From Octopus bimaculoides (lineage: Eukaryota), in assembly GCF_001194135.2 (NCBI RefSeq), contig NC_069000.1:16057716-16099863 (forward strand): 42,148 nucleotides of DNA, written 5' to 3'. A model generated the notes under the pieces. That model searched no databases and was not told the origin of the DNA. It saw nothing but the letters and a program-made list of their open reading frames with translations. Shown here in pieces: positions 22,441-33,547 of this stretch. Within the stretch, counting starts at the first letter, position 1; every line of letters starts with the position of its first letter. The translations under genes were made by a program, and so were the position numbers.

Positions 22441-22525
22441 GTTATCTTTTCTTTCACCATTGTTATATAACTGCGATTATATATTTCTCTGATTTATATG
22501 TTTATCTCCTTTGTTTTTTATTTAA

Positions 22526-22823
22526 ATTCTATTAATGGCACCAGCTGACGGTATTGAAGTTTGGGTGACTTTGTAACATGATGGTATGTGGTATTTAATA
22601 TTTTGACTTCATGCTGCAACAAACCGACGCTGTGCATATACAGTACGTCATAAAGGACAGCATGCGTGAAAACCATTAATAATTATCCAAGGTATCGAGA
22701 ATGATTTACCTTCTGGTGATGTAAGTTATATTATGTGTTGGAAAGCAAACCCCACATACGAAGCTGTAGCAGCCTGCTCATGTAAAGCTTATAAACGAAC
22801 TTCAAAAAGGAAGATGCATAAAG
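22526..22823 (+). pseudogene. Pseudo V-like Ig exon psiV-2
   Basis: MAPADGIEV...ENDLPSGDVSYIMCWKANPTYEAVAACSCKAYKRTSKRKMHK|GTTAGT with stops and frameshifts. 5' flank cut by the transposon; a ~590-nt downstream deletion relative to psiV-1. Confidence 0.85.
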
Positions 22824-23304
22824 GTTAGTGTTATCCGGCTTGCAGTTATTTAGCTACATTACTATCAATTTTCAACAGATTTATTTTTATTGCGTATTTC
22901 TACAGCACTGTCGAGTAAGCGTCCCAGGGTATTTTCTGTATGTTGATTAAATTGGAGTTTGGCTTATGTTTTTGATATTTCTCTTTAAATCACTCCTAAG
23001 TCATCTTATTATAGTGATTGTTTCTGTTTTAATCTCTTACATTCTAGGTGTCACTTATTTGATTTCTGTATATTTAGAACACTTTTCTATTTCGTTTAGA
23101 AATGAATTATCACTTGTTGGGACTAGTATTTTTCGTAAAAAAGGAATTTCCTTCCTGGTAGCCTTTGAATGTATCAGTGTCGATTAGCGTTGACCTCCAG
23201 GGCTATGTGAACTGACACATCCCAGACTGTTGGTTTTTTTCATTTGCAGAGGCCGTTTTCTGATGAAAGTTTACACTACCTCATTTTTGTATTATATACA
23301 GGCA

Positions 23305-23630
23305 ATAAGGCGGTGAGCTAAGAAAATTGTTAGCACGCTGGGCGAAATTGCTTTGCGGTATTTCGCACGTCGCTACATTCTGAGTTCAAATTCCACTGTC
23401 CCCTCCCTCCCACCTTTAGTAGTAAAGATCATATAAAATCAATAAGACAGCGAGCTGGCACAATCGTTAGCACGCCGGTCAAGAAGCGCTTTGCAGTGTT
23501 TTGTCCTTTTACGTTCTGAGTTAAAATTCCACCTAGGTCGACTTTACCTACTATCCTTTCGGGGTCGATGAAATAAGTACCATTTAAGATGTAATCGACT
23601 AGCCACTCCCACACCAAAATTTCAGGCCTC
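23305..23630 (+). mobile_element. SINE pair orthologous to 5510-5925, opposite orientation
   Basis: Reverse-complement match that includes the non-SINE flanks. Confidence 0.9.
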
Positions 23631-24459
23631 GTGCCTAATATAGAAAGGATTATATAAAGTTAATATAATTTATTAGTTTCTTTTGCATATTCTTAGTTTA
23701 TGTATGTGTATGCAAATATAGTATTGATATATCCCATTTATGTTCATTAGAAATTAAATAAATAAAGAATTTTGACATGTACGAATATTCATTTGCCCCA
23801 CTGTATTTACTATATATATTGCAGTTCCAGTGTTGGGTCTCAAATCCTGATTATCTCACCCTCCACACTTCAAAGGAACTCTCAGTTAAAAGAGATTAAT
23901 AAAATATCAGGCATTTTTATTGAATATTTTTTTGCTTGCTGCAACAGCTGACTCGTTGTTAACTATATGATGTGTCTGTGTGATAACATTAATTACATAT
24001 ACGTATTAATCATTTGAAAACACTACAGGGATCACTAATAAATGTCAATTGAGAAACGGTTGTTATTATTATTAAATTTGCTTATTGATTACTTTGTAGC
24101 GATCTCTCTTTGTTACGTAGTGATCTCTCTTTGTTACGTAGCGATCTCTCTTTGTTTCGACTTTCATGAATTTGACAAGTGTGAGTGATTGAAGAGTCTT
24201 CCCTGCATCATTTTATGTATGGTGCATACCAAAACGAAAGACTAAATCAACATGGATCATCAACAGCTTATATCTATCTGTAACGAAGAAACATTACTCA
24301 TAAATGATTCATTCTTAATTGTTGAAAGTGATTAACGTGGATGAGAAACAATTAATCACTATTAACTATAATAGTATTGTAAAACTGACAGGTGATTATT
24401 GTCTTTATTATAGTTTTATGTGCATATTATACACACATAAATACATAAATACATACATA

Positions 24460-24710
24460 CATGCATGGTGGTTGTCTACTCCTTAAACAGAGTTTGACCA
24501 CCTCCTGCACCTACACCTTAGCCCTTTCTGGCTTTTTAAACCAGACAGTGTTTTGAAAAAACACCCACACAAATTGCACCTCTGATTTGCACTACCAATA
24601 CCTGCAAGTAAGTTCTGCTCATTGTGGATCCTAACATGTCTTTTAAGACCCCCATTGGATTTGCAAACCCTCTGGCACACACCACATTCAAACGTGTGCA
24701 CAGACATATA
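24460..24710 (-). mobile_element. Probable RTE-type LINE 3' end with C2H2 zinc-finger remnants
   Basis: FECGVCQRVCKSNGGLKRHVRIH followed by a broken second finger and a microsatellite tail. Confidence 0.5.
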
Positions 24711-24748
24711 ATCAGAATAGCATACATACATACGTACATACATACTTA

Positions 24749-24749
<1 letters not shown>

Positions 24750-24810
<61 letters not shown>

Positions 24811-24820
24811 CACACACACA
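24750..24820 (+). repeat. (CA)n microsatellite
   Basis: Direct sequence. Confidence 0.98.
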
Positions 24821-25230
24821 TTATCCGAAATGTACAATATTATACATCCATCACAACCGATCTTACCGTTCAGTTTCCTGCTAGGCTTTCCGCAGAGTGT
24901 TAGGTAATAATCCGATTATGCACCCCTGCGCACATCAGAGGTAGCCGATATGAAATGAATTATGTTGAGAGCTCCCTATTGGAGGAGCATGCACACATCC
25001 GTTTTGTAGTTGTGGTGAAAAAGATGATGGGTTGAGTTATGAGCTATGTCCCTTATTACCAAAACTTCACCCTCGATTATTCACGCTTAAATATTTTCCA
25101 ACTTTCTCTCAAGTTTTACTCTTTTACTGTTTAACCATCATTTTTACCTGAATCATACATGTCTTTGGTCATATTTCAGTTACAGGAAGCCGAATTTTAA
25201 TTTCAACGATATCTTTTGGTCATATTTCAG

Positions 25231-25302
25231 TTACAAGAAGCCGCATTTTTATGTCAACGATGTTGTCAGCTATAATTTCACTGTTAATGGATCACAGGGA
25301 GT
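25231..25302 (+). CDS. Candidate 72-nt leader exon of Ig gene 2 (ATG 25251; MSTMLSAIISLLMDHRE)
   Basis: TTTCAG| ... GAGT|GTAAGT; paralog of 6763-6834; phase-compatible with the V exon at 26390. Confidence 0.4.
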
Positions 25303-28300
25303 GTAAGTTAAGATTAAAGAAAATATTTTCTTTTCGGCTCAAACACACAATCTTCCTCACTTCGTTATTTGCCATGCTTTCCGTATTTCTATGCCACCCA
25401 GACAAGTGCTTAGACACGCGCGCGCGCAAACACACACAGAGGCACCTATACATGCATGCATATAGATGTACAACACTGACTTTCCTGACATTAATGGTCT
25501 GCAAACGTCTCATAACATGCACTTATTTACCCTAAACTAGAGGTACCTGTAAGAGGGTCGGCTGAAAATTTATAGGCTGATAAAGATACTCTGACGGAAA
25601 ATAACCAAATGAAGTTCGTTTTTCAACGTATTCCTCCTTGCAGTCCACACTGTTTCATTTGGTGTTGCAGTGTTTGGATTCCATTCGTGAAGAAGCTTTC
25701 ATCCAACAGCAGATATGACGTCGTCCAGACTGCGATACTGGTACCCAGCCTAGTCATTCTTCATGGTGTGGAACCAATGGCTATTCTGCTGGGGTCAAAC
25801 TAGGAGAATCGTGAGGGAGATCAACCAGTTCAAAGCCACAGTCACTCAAAATCGCCATTAAAAGCAAGGATTTGAGAACTGTTCATGGGATTTTGGTCTT
25901 GTTAACCTTTCTTAACTACATCAGCATTTTGAAATAAAACTCTCCATTTCTGATGTGGCCATTTTGAAGATAGGTCAAGAAACGCAATGTAATTTCTATC
26001 TCGAAAATCTGAGGCTGTCACCTTCCCTGCAGATTAAAAGACTTTGGTCTTCCTTGCTGCAGGTGTGGAGACCCGATGTGTGGTATACTGTATTCCTATT
26101 CAGAGAACGTTGATTTGATGAATGGAGTTAGCTAATGTACAACACATACTTCTGATCACTTTAAAAAATTATTTTGCAGGGTGTTCAGCAAAAAATTGCA
26201 GAACCTTCTTTTTCGTCCTACGAGAGCCTACCACCATTCATTCATTCATTCATTCATTCATTCATTCATTTTCTTCAATGCCATGACTCTCCATATTGTT
26301 ATCTCCTTCTGCGCTATTGTTTTATAACTGCTATTCTATAATTCTCTCATTTACTCTCATTTACTTGTTACCCTTGTTTTTACTTATAGCTATTGATATT
26401 ATAGAAATAACACCAGCTGAGGGTATTGAACCTGAAAAGACAATTAATATATCAATAACATGCTTGCTTGTATTAAAGAATCTTATTGACTTCAAGCTCC
26501 AACGAAACGGAACTACAGTCGTACATATACAATATTCCCTTGACCATGCGAAATACAGAAAATTAAATACTAGCAAAGGTTTCGACTGTGATTTACCTGT
26601 TGCTAATATAGGTTATATTACCTGTTGGAAACAAAAACCCACTTGCAATGATGTAGCAGCTTACTCATGTGAAACATTAAGCGCAGTTTCAGAAACGAAG
26701 TTCATTAAAGGTTGGTGTTACACGGCTTTTGCACTTATTCAGTCCCAGAAATATTCATTTTCAGTAGCTGTATTTATTTTGTGAATTTCTGCAGATTTTG
26801 ACACGTGCAATCTTTTGCACATTCCAAAGTCCTATGGTTTTCTATTTTATATTGCAATGAAAATACACTGAGTACAATATCTAGTTGTTCTATTCTCTGT
26901 AGAATAAAATAGAAGTTAGGATTATTGATGTAGAAAGACAAAAAAAATTTCAATTATTCACTATTAAACAACTGTATGTTAAAAACAATTCATTATGTGA
27001 ATGACTAAATTAGGTTAATTTTTTATAATTTTCCAGTCACGGTTAGATTATGTTTTGAGGATAAGATTTAGGGATAATATTAAAGCATATATTCGGTAGT
27101 CTCCATATAGCTGCTAAATATAAGATTCTCTCCCTGTTACTTTTCATTTTTGATGAATTAAAATTAACTAAATTTCTGAGATCTACCCACCTGTTTCTGA
27201 CCAGAGTCAATAATTTACAAAAAGATTGTAGTAATCAATAAAGGTATAACTTTAAAAATAATATTTCTTGGGTTATAGCAAGCAGTTGACTATTAACTTT
27301 TCATCCAGCTATATATCTGCTCATCATTCCATGATTATCAGATTTAGCCTAAGATTCACAAATCAAGTCTAATAAAACCGAAACAGTGTTGGCGATTTTC
27401 CAGTAAAACTAAAGACCATACTCATGCTTTACTACAGTCTCTATTTAATATTGGGTTGTCTTTCTTTTTTTGTTTTATGTAGCAATGACTGAAATTAATC
27501 ATTAATCCTAACAAGAAAGTGTATTATCTTTAATTATGATTAATTGTCTTGAATTTCCATAAGAAGTTTGCTATCACCCATTACTACTAAGTTTTCTTAA
27601 GCGTCCCTGTGTCTTTTCTGTACGGTGTGTAAATTGGAATTTGGCTTATGTTTTTGAAGTATCTTTTAAAATCATTCCCAAGAGATCTATTATTATAGGG
27701 ATCATTTACCTTGAGTGAAGAAAAGTGTGAATTTTTCTTACCGGAAATGAGATATTTAGGACAAGTCATTGACAGAAACAACTTGACCTTTCGAGGGCAA
27801 TAAAAAATATGCCTCCTCCTACTAATATAGCGATCTTACAGGCATTTTCACGACATGCAAATTACCAAATTATATCCCAAATATGCATAAGATTAGGGCT
27901 CCACTGAATAATTTGCTGAAAAAAGATATGAAATGGAATTGGTCAGAAAATTGTCAAAAGGCATTTGGGAAAATTTTTTAAAATATTAATATTTGATTTG
28001 TCTCTAGCTCACTTCGATCCTGCAGCGGAGATTGCTGTATAGAGAAGTAATGTTACATAAATATATCGAATGTAACATGAAGGCGGTGGTCCATGCTCAC
28101 GTTCCCTCATATCAGTAGAGTAAAATTAGAGTCAAATCGAAGAAAAAGCTCTACTGATCATTTTTACTGTGAAAAGATTTCAAAGATTTTTGCACGGTAG
28201 AAGTTTTCGGCTACAGACTGATCACCGATTGTTATTATCGATATTTGGGTCGAAAAAAGGAATTTGTACCTATACTGCTAATAGATTCCAACGCTAGACT

Positions 28301-30538
28301 ACGATACTGTTAAACTATGATTTCAAGATGTAGTGCATACCATCCAAGAAATTAGGCCATGCAAATTGTCTATGAAGTCTGATTTTAAAAAGCGTGGAAC
28401 CATTGGAAGAAACTGTGATCGGCGCTTTGCGAGAGGAAAATGAAATTAAAAATGTTTTTGGTGACGGTATTTGTGAATCGCCAGTTATATTACCAGACAT
28501 AAATTCAAAATCGGAGAATGCTAAATTCATTATAAAAATGGAAGAAACAGTAAAGGCTAAAAACAAAATAGAAATATGCGCAACACAATGAACCATTTCT
28601 CACTGTGTGACAAAAGGTTGATGCATGCGCAAAAAGTCGTAGTGCCATCTGCACTACAAAAGCTTTCAGTAAAGCAAATTCATATTGGGCACCCAAGGGT
28701 TTCGAGAATGAAACCGCTAATGAGAAATTACGTTTCTAACAAAGGCGGCGAGCTGGTAGAAACGTTAGCACGCCGGGCGAAATGCCTAGCGGTATTTCGT
28801 CTGCCTTTACGTTCTGAGTTCAAATTCCACCGAGGTCGACTTTGCCTTTCATCCTTTCGGGGGCGATAAATTAAGTACCAGTTACGCACTGGGGTCGATG
28901 TAATCGACTTAATCTCTTTGTATGTCCTTGTTTGTCACCTCTATGTTTAGCCCCTTATGAGTAATAAAAAGAGTGAGAAATTACATATATTGGCCTCGAA
29001 TGGACCGTGATATTGAAGATTCGGTGAAATCCTGCAATCCTGCAGAAGTTTTACCCTTGCAGCCAAGTCACCACCGGTAAAATTCCAACCTTGGTCTAAA
29101 ACCGACAGTCTATAGACCAGGCTTTGTGTAGATTTTGCTGGATCAATAAATGGCGCATATTCCCTGATTCTTGTAGATAGTTATTCTAAGTGGATGGAAA
29201 TATGTAGATGAAGGAAACCAACCTCTACAGTAACACCAGAATTTATTCATGAACTCTTTGCAAGATATGGTGTCCTGGACACCATAGAATTCAAAACAGT
29301 ACGCAGTTTACGGCGAATGAGATTTTTGCAAAGAAAAAAAAGATGCAACTGTTCACATCTGTACTCCGCCATATCACCCAAGATCAAACGAGCAAGTAGA
29401 ACGGTTCGTGGATGCATTTAAAAGAGCATTAAAGAAAGCAAGAAACGTGCTAGTCGATAAAGCAGCAACGGCAGAACTCTTCAGTGTTTAGAGGATAACA
29501 CCGAACCCAAACACTTGTTCAGGTAAGTCGCTTGCGGAACTAATGTTTGCTCGAAAAATAAAAACCAATTTTTCACTAGATGTTACCAGTAAGAAAAACA
29601 AATAGAGAAAACACCAAAAATACGAGAAAGTATTTTAATATCGGTGACAAGGTGTTTTTCAAAATATATTAAAATGCAGAGACGTTTGGGAAGACGGAGT
29701 AGCAACAAAACGAGTAGGTAAGATGATATATTTGACAAGAGGCGAAAAATGAGAACACAAAAGACATTTAAACCAGACAGATATGCGAGAAAGCAGAGAC
29801 GCCCATCAATGTGCTCTACGACAAACACTTGATGTCCCACAAGAATTCCAATTTAAGAGGAGCAGCACAAGAAAGAGGAAATAAGCAGAACTTTTGGAAG
29901 TGTTTGTGTGTCCGGGTGTGTGTATGTGTGTGTATGTACTTGTGTGTGTGTGTATCTCTCTGAGTTTGTGTGTATGTCTGTAAGTGTGTGCGCATGAGAT
30001 GTGTGTTTGTCCAAGCGCGTGTGTGTATGTATATGCAAGAAACAGTTGTTTACAGGGTCCAGCATGAAGAACAATTCGTATGGTGTTAACCATTTTAGTT
30101 TAGTATGAAGATTGTAGTTTATATAAGTGAAACCACCCAATAGTCTTAGTAATATACAAAACTTATTGTTCTAACATTTTGCTATATTAGATTGTTTTCT
30201 TTGCAGCAAAATCTAACTTAGAGAGTCTGAAATTCGTCAAGGGAGTTAAGGTGGAAGGCAGACTAGTAAGAACATTTAGATGTAAGGCAAATATTGGAGC
30301 ACCTTTTAAATCGCATGTATCCTTTGTGTGGATTGTAACAAAACATGGTAAAACATATAATGTCACAAAAAACGAGACAATACCACTTGCTTCGAGCTGT
30401 TATTCTCGGGTGTCATCCGATTATACTTTCACTCCACTAACCAAAGACGTATCTGACACAAGTATCACATGTAAAACAAATTTTGGTTCACTTACCAAAC
30501 GAATCTCCGCTAAGAAAGCAGTTCGTAAGAAAAGGTAA
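25251..30538 (+). CDS. Ig gene 2 model: join(25251-25302?,26390-26710,30207-30538); ~234 aa V-like + C2-like Ig protein
   Basis: Same exon phases and splice sites as gene 1, and an open frame throughout. Confidence 0.65.
25553..25760 (-). mobile_element. Truncated copy of the mariner at 7055-7745, retaining the other TIR
   Basis: TAAGAGGGTCGGCTGAAAATTTATAGGCTGA, then sequence colinear with 7056-7240. Confidence 0.75.
26390..26710 (+). CDS. Intact V-like Ig domain exon, gene 2
   Basis: TTACTTATAG| acceptor and AAAG|GTTGGT donor; 321 nt; all five Cys and the PTCNDVAAYSC motif conserved. Confidence 0.85.
27710..29890 (+). mobile_element. Degraded Gypsy pol (RT C-terminus, RNase H, integrase) inside the gene 2 V-C2 intron
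   Basis: EEKCEFFLPEMRYLGQVID; FRLQTDHRLLLSIFGSKK; HIGHPRVSRMKPLMRNY; DFAGSINGAYSLILVDSYSKWMEI; PPYHPRSN.QVERFVDAFKRALKK. Confidence 0.9.
28742..28973 (+). mobile_element. Near full-length octopus-type SINE inserted in the Gypsy integrase region
   Basis: AAGGCGGCGAGCTGGTAGAAACGTTAGCACGCCGGGCGAAATG...GGGGTCGATGTAATCGACTTAATC; TGAGAAATTAC duplicated at 28721-28731 and 28974-28984. Confidence 0.9.
30207..30538 (+). CDS. Intact C2-like Ig domain exon, gene 2
   Basis: TTTGCAG| acceptor, phase 1; TFRCKANIGAP...FVW...SSCYSRVSSDYTF...DTSITC; ends ISAKKAVRKKR*. Confidence 0.85.
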
Positions 30539-31949
30539 ATCAATTTTCTATTTCTTACCCTGATTAGTGTTTCCCCTTTTCTTGTAACAACGGTTACTTA
30601 GCCTCAGCTCAACCGCTCTCTAAGAGGCCGATGATCGAAGGTATTCCGAGTGTGACAATCACATCCGTTCTTTTCAGGAATAGTACGACTGGGACTATAA
30701 TATCCAATGTATCCAAATTTCTTTTAAAACAGTTTTTGTGATATGTACGTGATCTGGCTACTATTTCTTGTTAGTTAAAATGCCACATAGAGGTATTCTC
30801 GTTTAAATATGCTTACGGTGTCTCTATGCCATTGTATGTATTCATACTTTTTATACATGTGTGTGTGTCTTTGTGCATTCATGCGTACGAATATGCTTTC
30901 ATGTTTTTATACGTGTGTGTGTTTGCAAACACGCTATCTATATATGGTTATATGTATGTGGTTGCTGTGCATTTGCATACGTGAATATGGATATGTTTCG
31001 TTGTTGCAGGGTGCAAATATTTGGGCAAATTCTTTTTTAGATATACGCGTTCATTCATATTTGTATATGTCTGGGAGAATGCATATTTTGTGTACGTTTA
31101 CATACACGCGTGATTTTGAATACATGCATGCGTTTTTCCATGTATGTATATAATCTTTTCATCAAAATACACTTATAACCTTATGTAATATTAATAATAT
31201 TATTAGGAATAATACTTAGTGCGCTCCGACTCACAGTTGTTCAAAGGGTATCACCAATGTCGAAGAAATAACAGTAGGATATTTGGGTTGTAGATAAATT
31301 GCTTACAAAATAGCCGATAGGCATAGTGTGTGTTGTCCACAGTTTCATGCAGCTGGTTACACTGAAGTCAAATTGGTTATCCACACAATCAACATTGACG
31401 AGATTAATAAACAGCTTCAAGATACTGAAGACAGAACACATCTCACTCAAAATGGAGGAGTTGTGGAGATCAAATTCGCTAACCATTTAAGCAGGAATTG
31501 ATGGGTAATATTAAAAACAGATGTTGGGTCTCAGCAAAAAGAAATAGTTATAAAAAAGTAGAAGTGTAGTTTCGACAGAAGAGGCGACAGAAAAGACATC
31601 TCTTACGACGTGCTCGTCGTGCGAATAATCATTCATTTTCTCCATATGAATCCCGAAGAATGCATTGCTTGTACTTAGGGCTCGATCTTTGAAATACAGG
31701 GATTTACAGAGACTCGGCGTGTATAAAGGACCTACTTATGTCTGTGACGGACTGCAACGACTAAGTCAAATGATTCCAGATAATGGTAGCGGTTTTTCAG
31801 CTCCACTTGGCCTAAATGTTTCCAAAAAAAAAAAAAAAAATTAATGGAGATGGTGGATTTTGAACCTGGATCGTTGCTATAATGCACAGTGACCTCTGTT
31901 GGTTATCAAACTAAACAATAATCTATGGGACGTGCGTTGAATCAACAGT

Positions 31950-32760
31950 TTGCTCCATTACATTTGCCTTTTTGTCATCTTTTTTGCATGTTCTCTTTCT
32001 TGAGGATCTTAACGAGCTGTTATAGATATTGAAAAGTATAACGCCTTAACTATAACAGAGAAGGAAGTATCGTGTCTGCATAAATACTGGCAATTTCGAC
32101 CATTGAAGGTCATGATGAAGAGTGCATTACCAAAAGCGTTCGAGATGGTTGCATGAATGTCTGTTATTGATCACAAGACGAATGGATATCGTTTATAATT
32201 TGAGGTATTCTGGTTCCGTCCATATTTCCATGTTAATTAAAATTGAGAATAATTTGCAAGCATCGTAACCCGTCTCAATCAGAAATGATTAGGCACTGGT
32301 AATTACTGACTGGCAGTGGTATTGCTGAATGACGGTTGACCTCGTCATAAGAACTCTCTGGGCAGAGTGAAACCAATGCACTTTGTTTCTTGTAGAAGGA
32401 ACAGGTTTCACTGTTCAAGAGATGCATCTACTCAAAAGATCCATTTCAATTGAAGTCGTGAGATGGTGTGACTAATGATGCGAAGGCACATGTAAATAAT
32501 TAACAAAGACTTCCAAATTAACAAGTCAGGCAGATGTGGATGTCAGTTCTGAAACTTATTTTTGTACACTTGTTCTCCTTCACCGTTCTTTACTCTTGGG
32601 AGAAAGGTTCATAGAAATTTAGGGGTTTTGTATCTTGAATGTTGCCAAGCACTTACCACATTGAATTAACTGAACAATGAGTTGTGTGAAACGTCGAATT
32701 TCACATTTACAGGGTTACTGGATGTCATGACTGAAAATGAAAAAAGGAAAAATTGTCAGC
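31950..32760 (-). mobile_element. Possible highly degraded Helitron Rep-like fragment
   Basis: Only a weak minus-strand resemblance (ALFIMTFN) to Helitron Rep motif 1; heavily interrupted. Confidence 0.25.
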
Positions 32761-32784
32761 ATCTACAATAAGATGCTAAAAAGT

Positions 32785-33005
32785 ATATACCATCTTCATA
32801 CTTGTGGAAAATCATAGCTCCAATGCTACGTTCCCTAGCGTCTGATGACACCACTATTTCTAAATTCGGATGAAAATGTGATAAGGACAATTCCGACGTT
32901 AAGGCATTTAAATTTTTTTCAAAAGCTTTTTGGTATTTGTCCGACCAGTTTCAATTAACGACTTTTTCAATAAGTTATTTAGGGGTGCTCTTAAATCGTG
33001 CATAA
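32785..33005 (-). mobile_element. Gypsy RT/RNase H linker fragment
   Basis: Reverse complement matches 39480-39690 (GATTTAAGAGCACCCCT.AATAACTT...TTAACGTCGGAATTGT). Confidence 0.8.
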
Positions 33006-33375
33006 CGGTCTGTTTTTTTCCTTTTTATCCAATTCCTTTCCTTCTATTTCCTTACCAAAATATTTACAACATGCCTTGCCGTCCATCCAACTCCATACAT
33101 AACATCTGTAAATTAACGAAATAAATTGCTCCCTGACAACCTGCAATGTTTGACTATATAAATCTGGTTGATACACCTATTGTAGGGATCCAAACAGACC
33201 CGCGTAGGAACTATAATATAAACTTATGCTTATCTTTATTTCCCTACATTTTCCCTATATTTTCTGTGAAATGACAACTTTTAGGAAGTTACTTATCAAA
33301 TCTAAAGGAAGGGGTTGGAGCTCTAAACATCTCAATAACAGTTTTACATGAATTTGCACACACATTATTAGCGAT

Positions 33376-33394
33376 ATGTATGTCTGTCTGTATG

Positions 33395-33428
<34 letters not shown>

Positions 33429-33547
33429 TGTATGTATGTATTATGTATGTATGTATGTATGTATGTATGTATGTATGTATGTATGTACGTATGTATGTAT
33501 ATATGTATGTATGTACGTACGTACGTATGTATGTATGTATGTATATA
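33376..33547 (+). repeat. (TATG)n microsatellite running into a gap
   Basis: Direct sequence. Confidence 0.98.

Noticed and set aside
24483-24821. Host C2H2 zinc-finger gene (a family expanded in cephalopods)
   Set aside because: One intact and one broken finger, no TGEKP linkers, microsatellite on both sides; fits a LINE 3' end better.
31241-31486. 81-aa minus-strand ORF and an overlapping plus-strand frame as a further gene exon
   Set aside because: No recognisable motif or convincing splice sites, and no paralog in the other unit.
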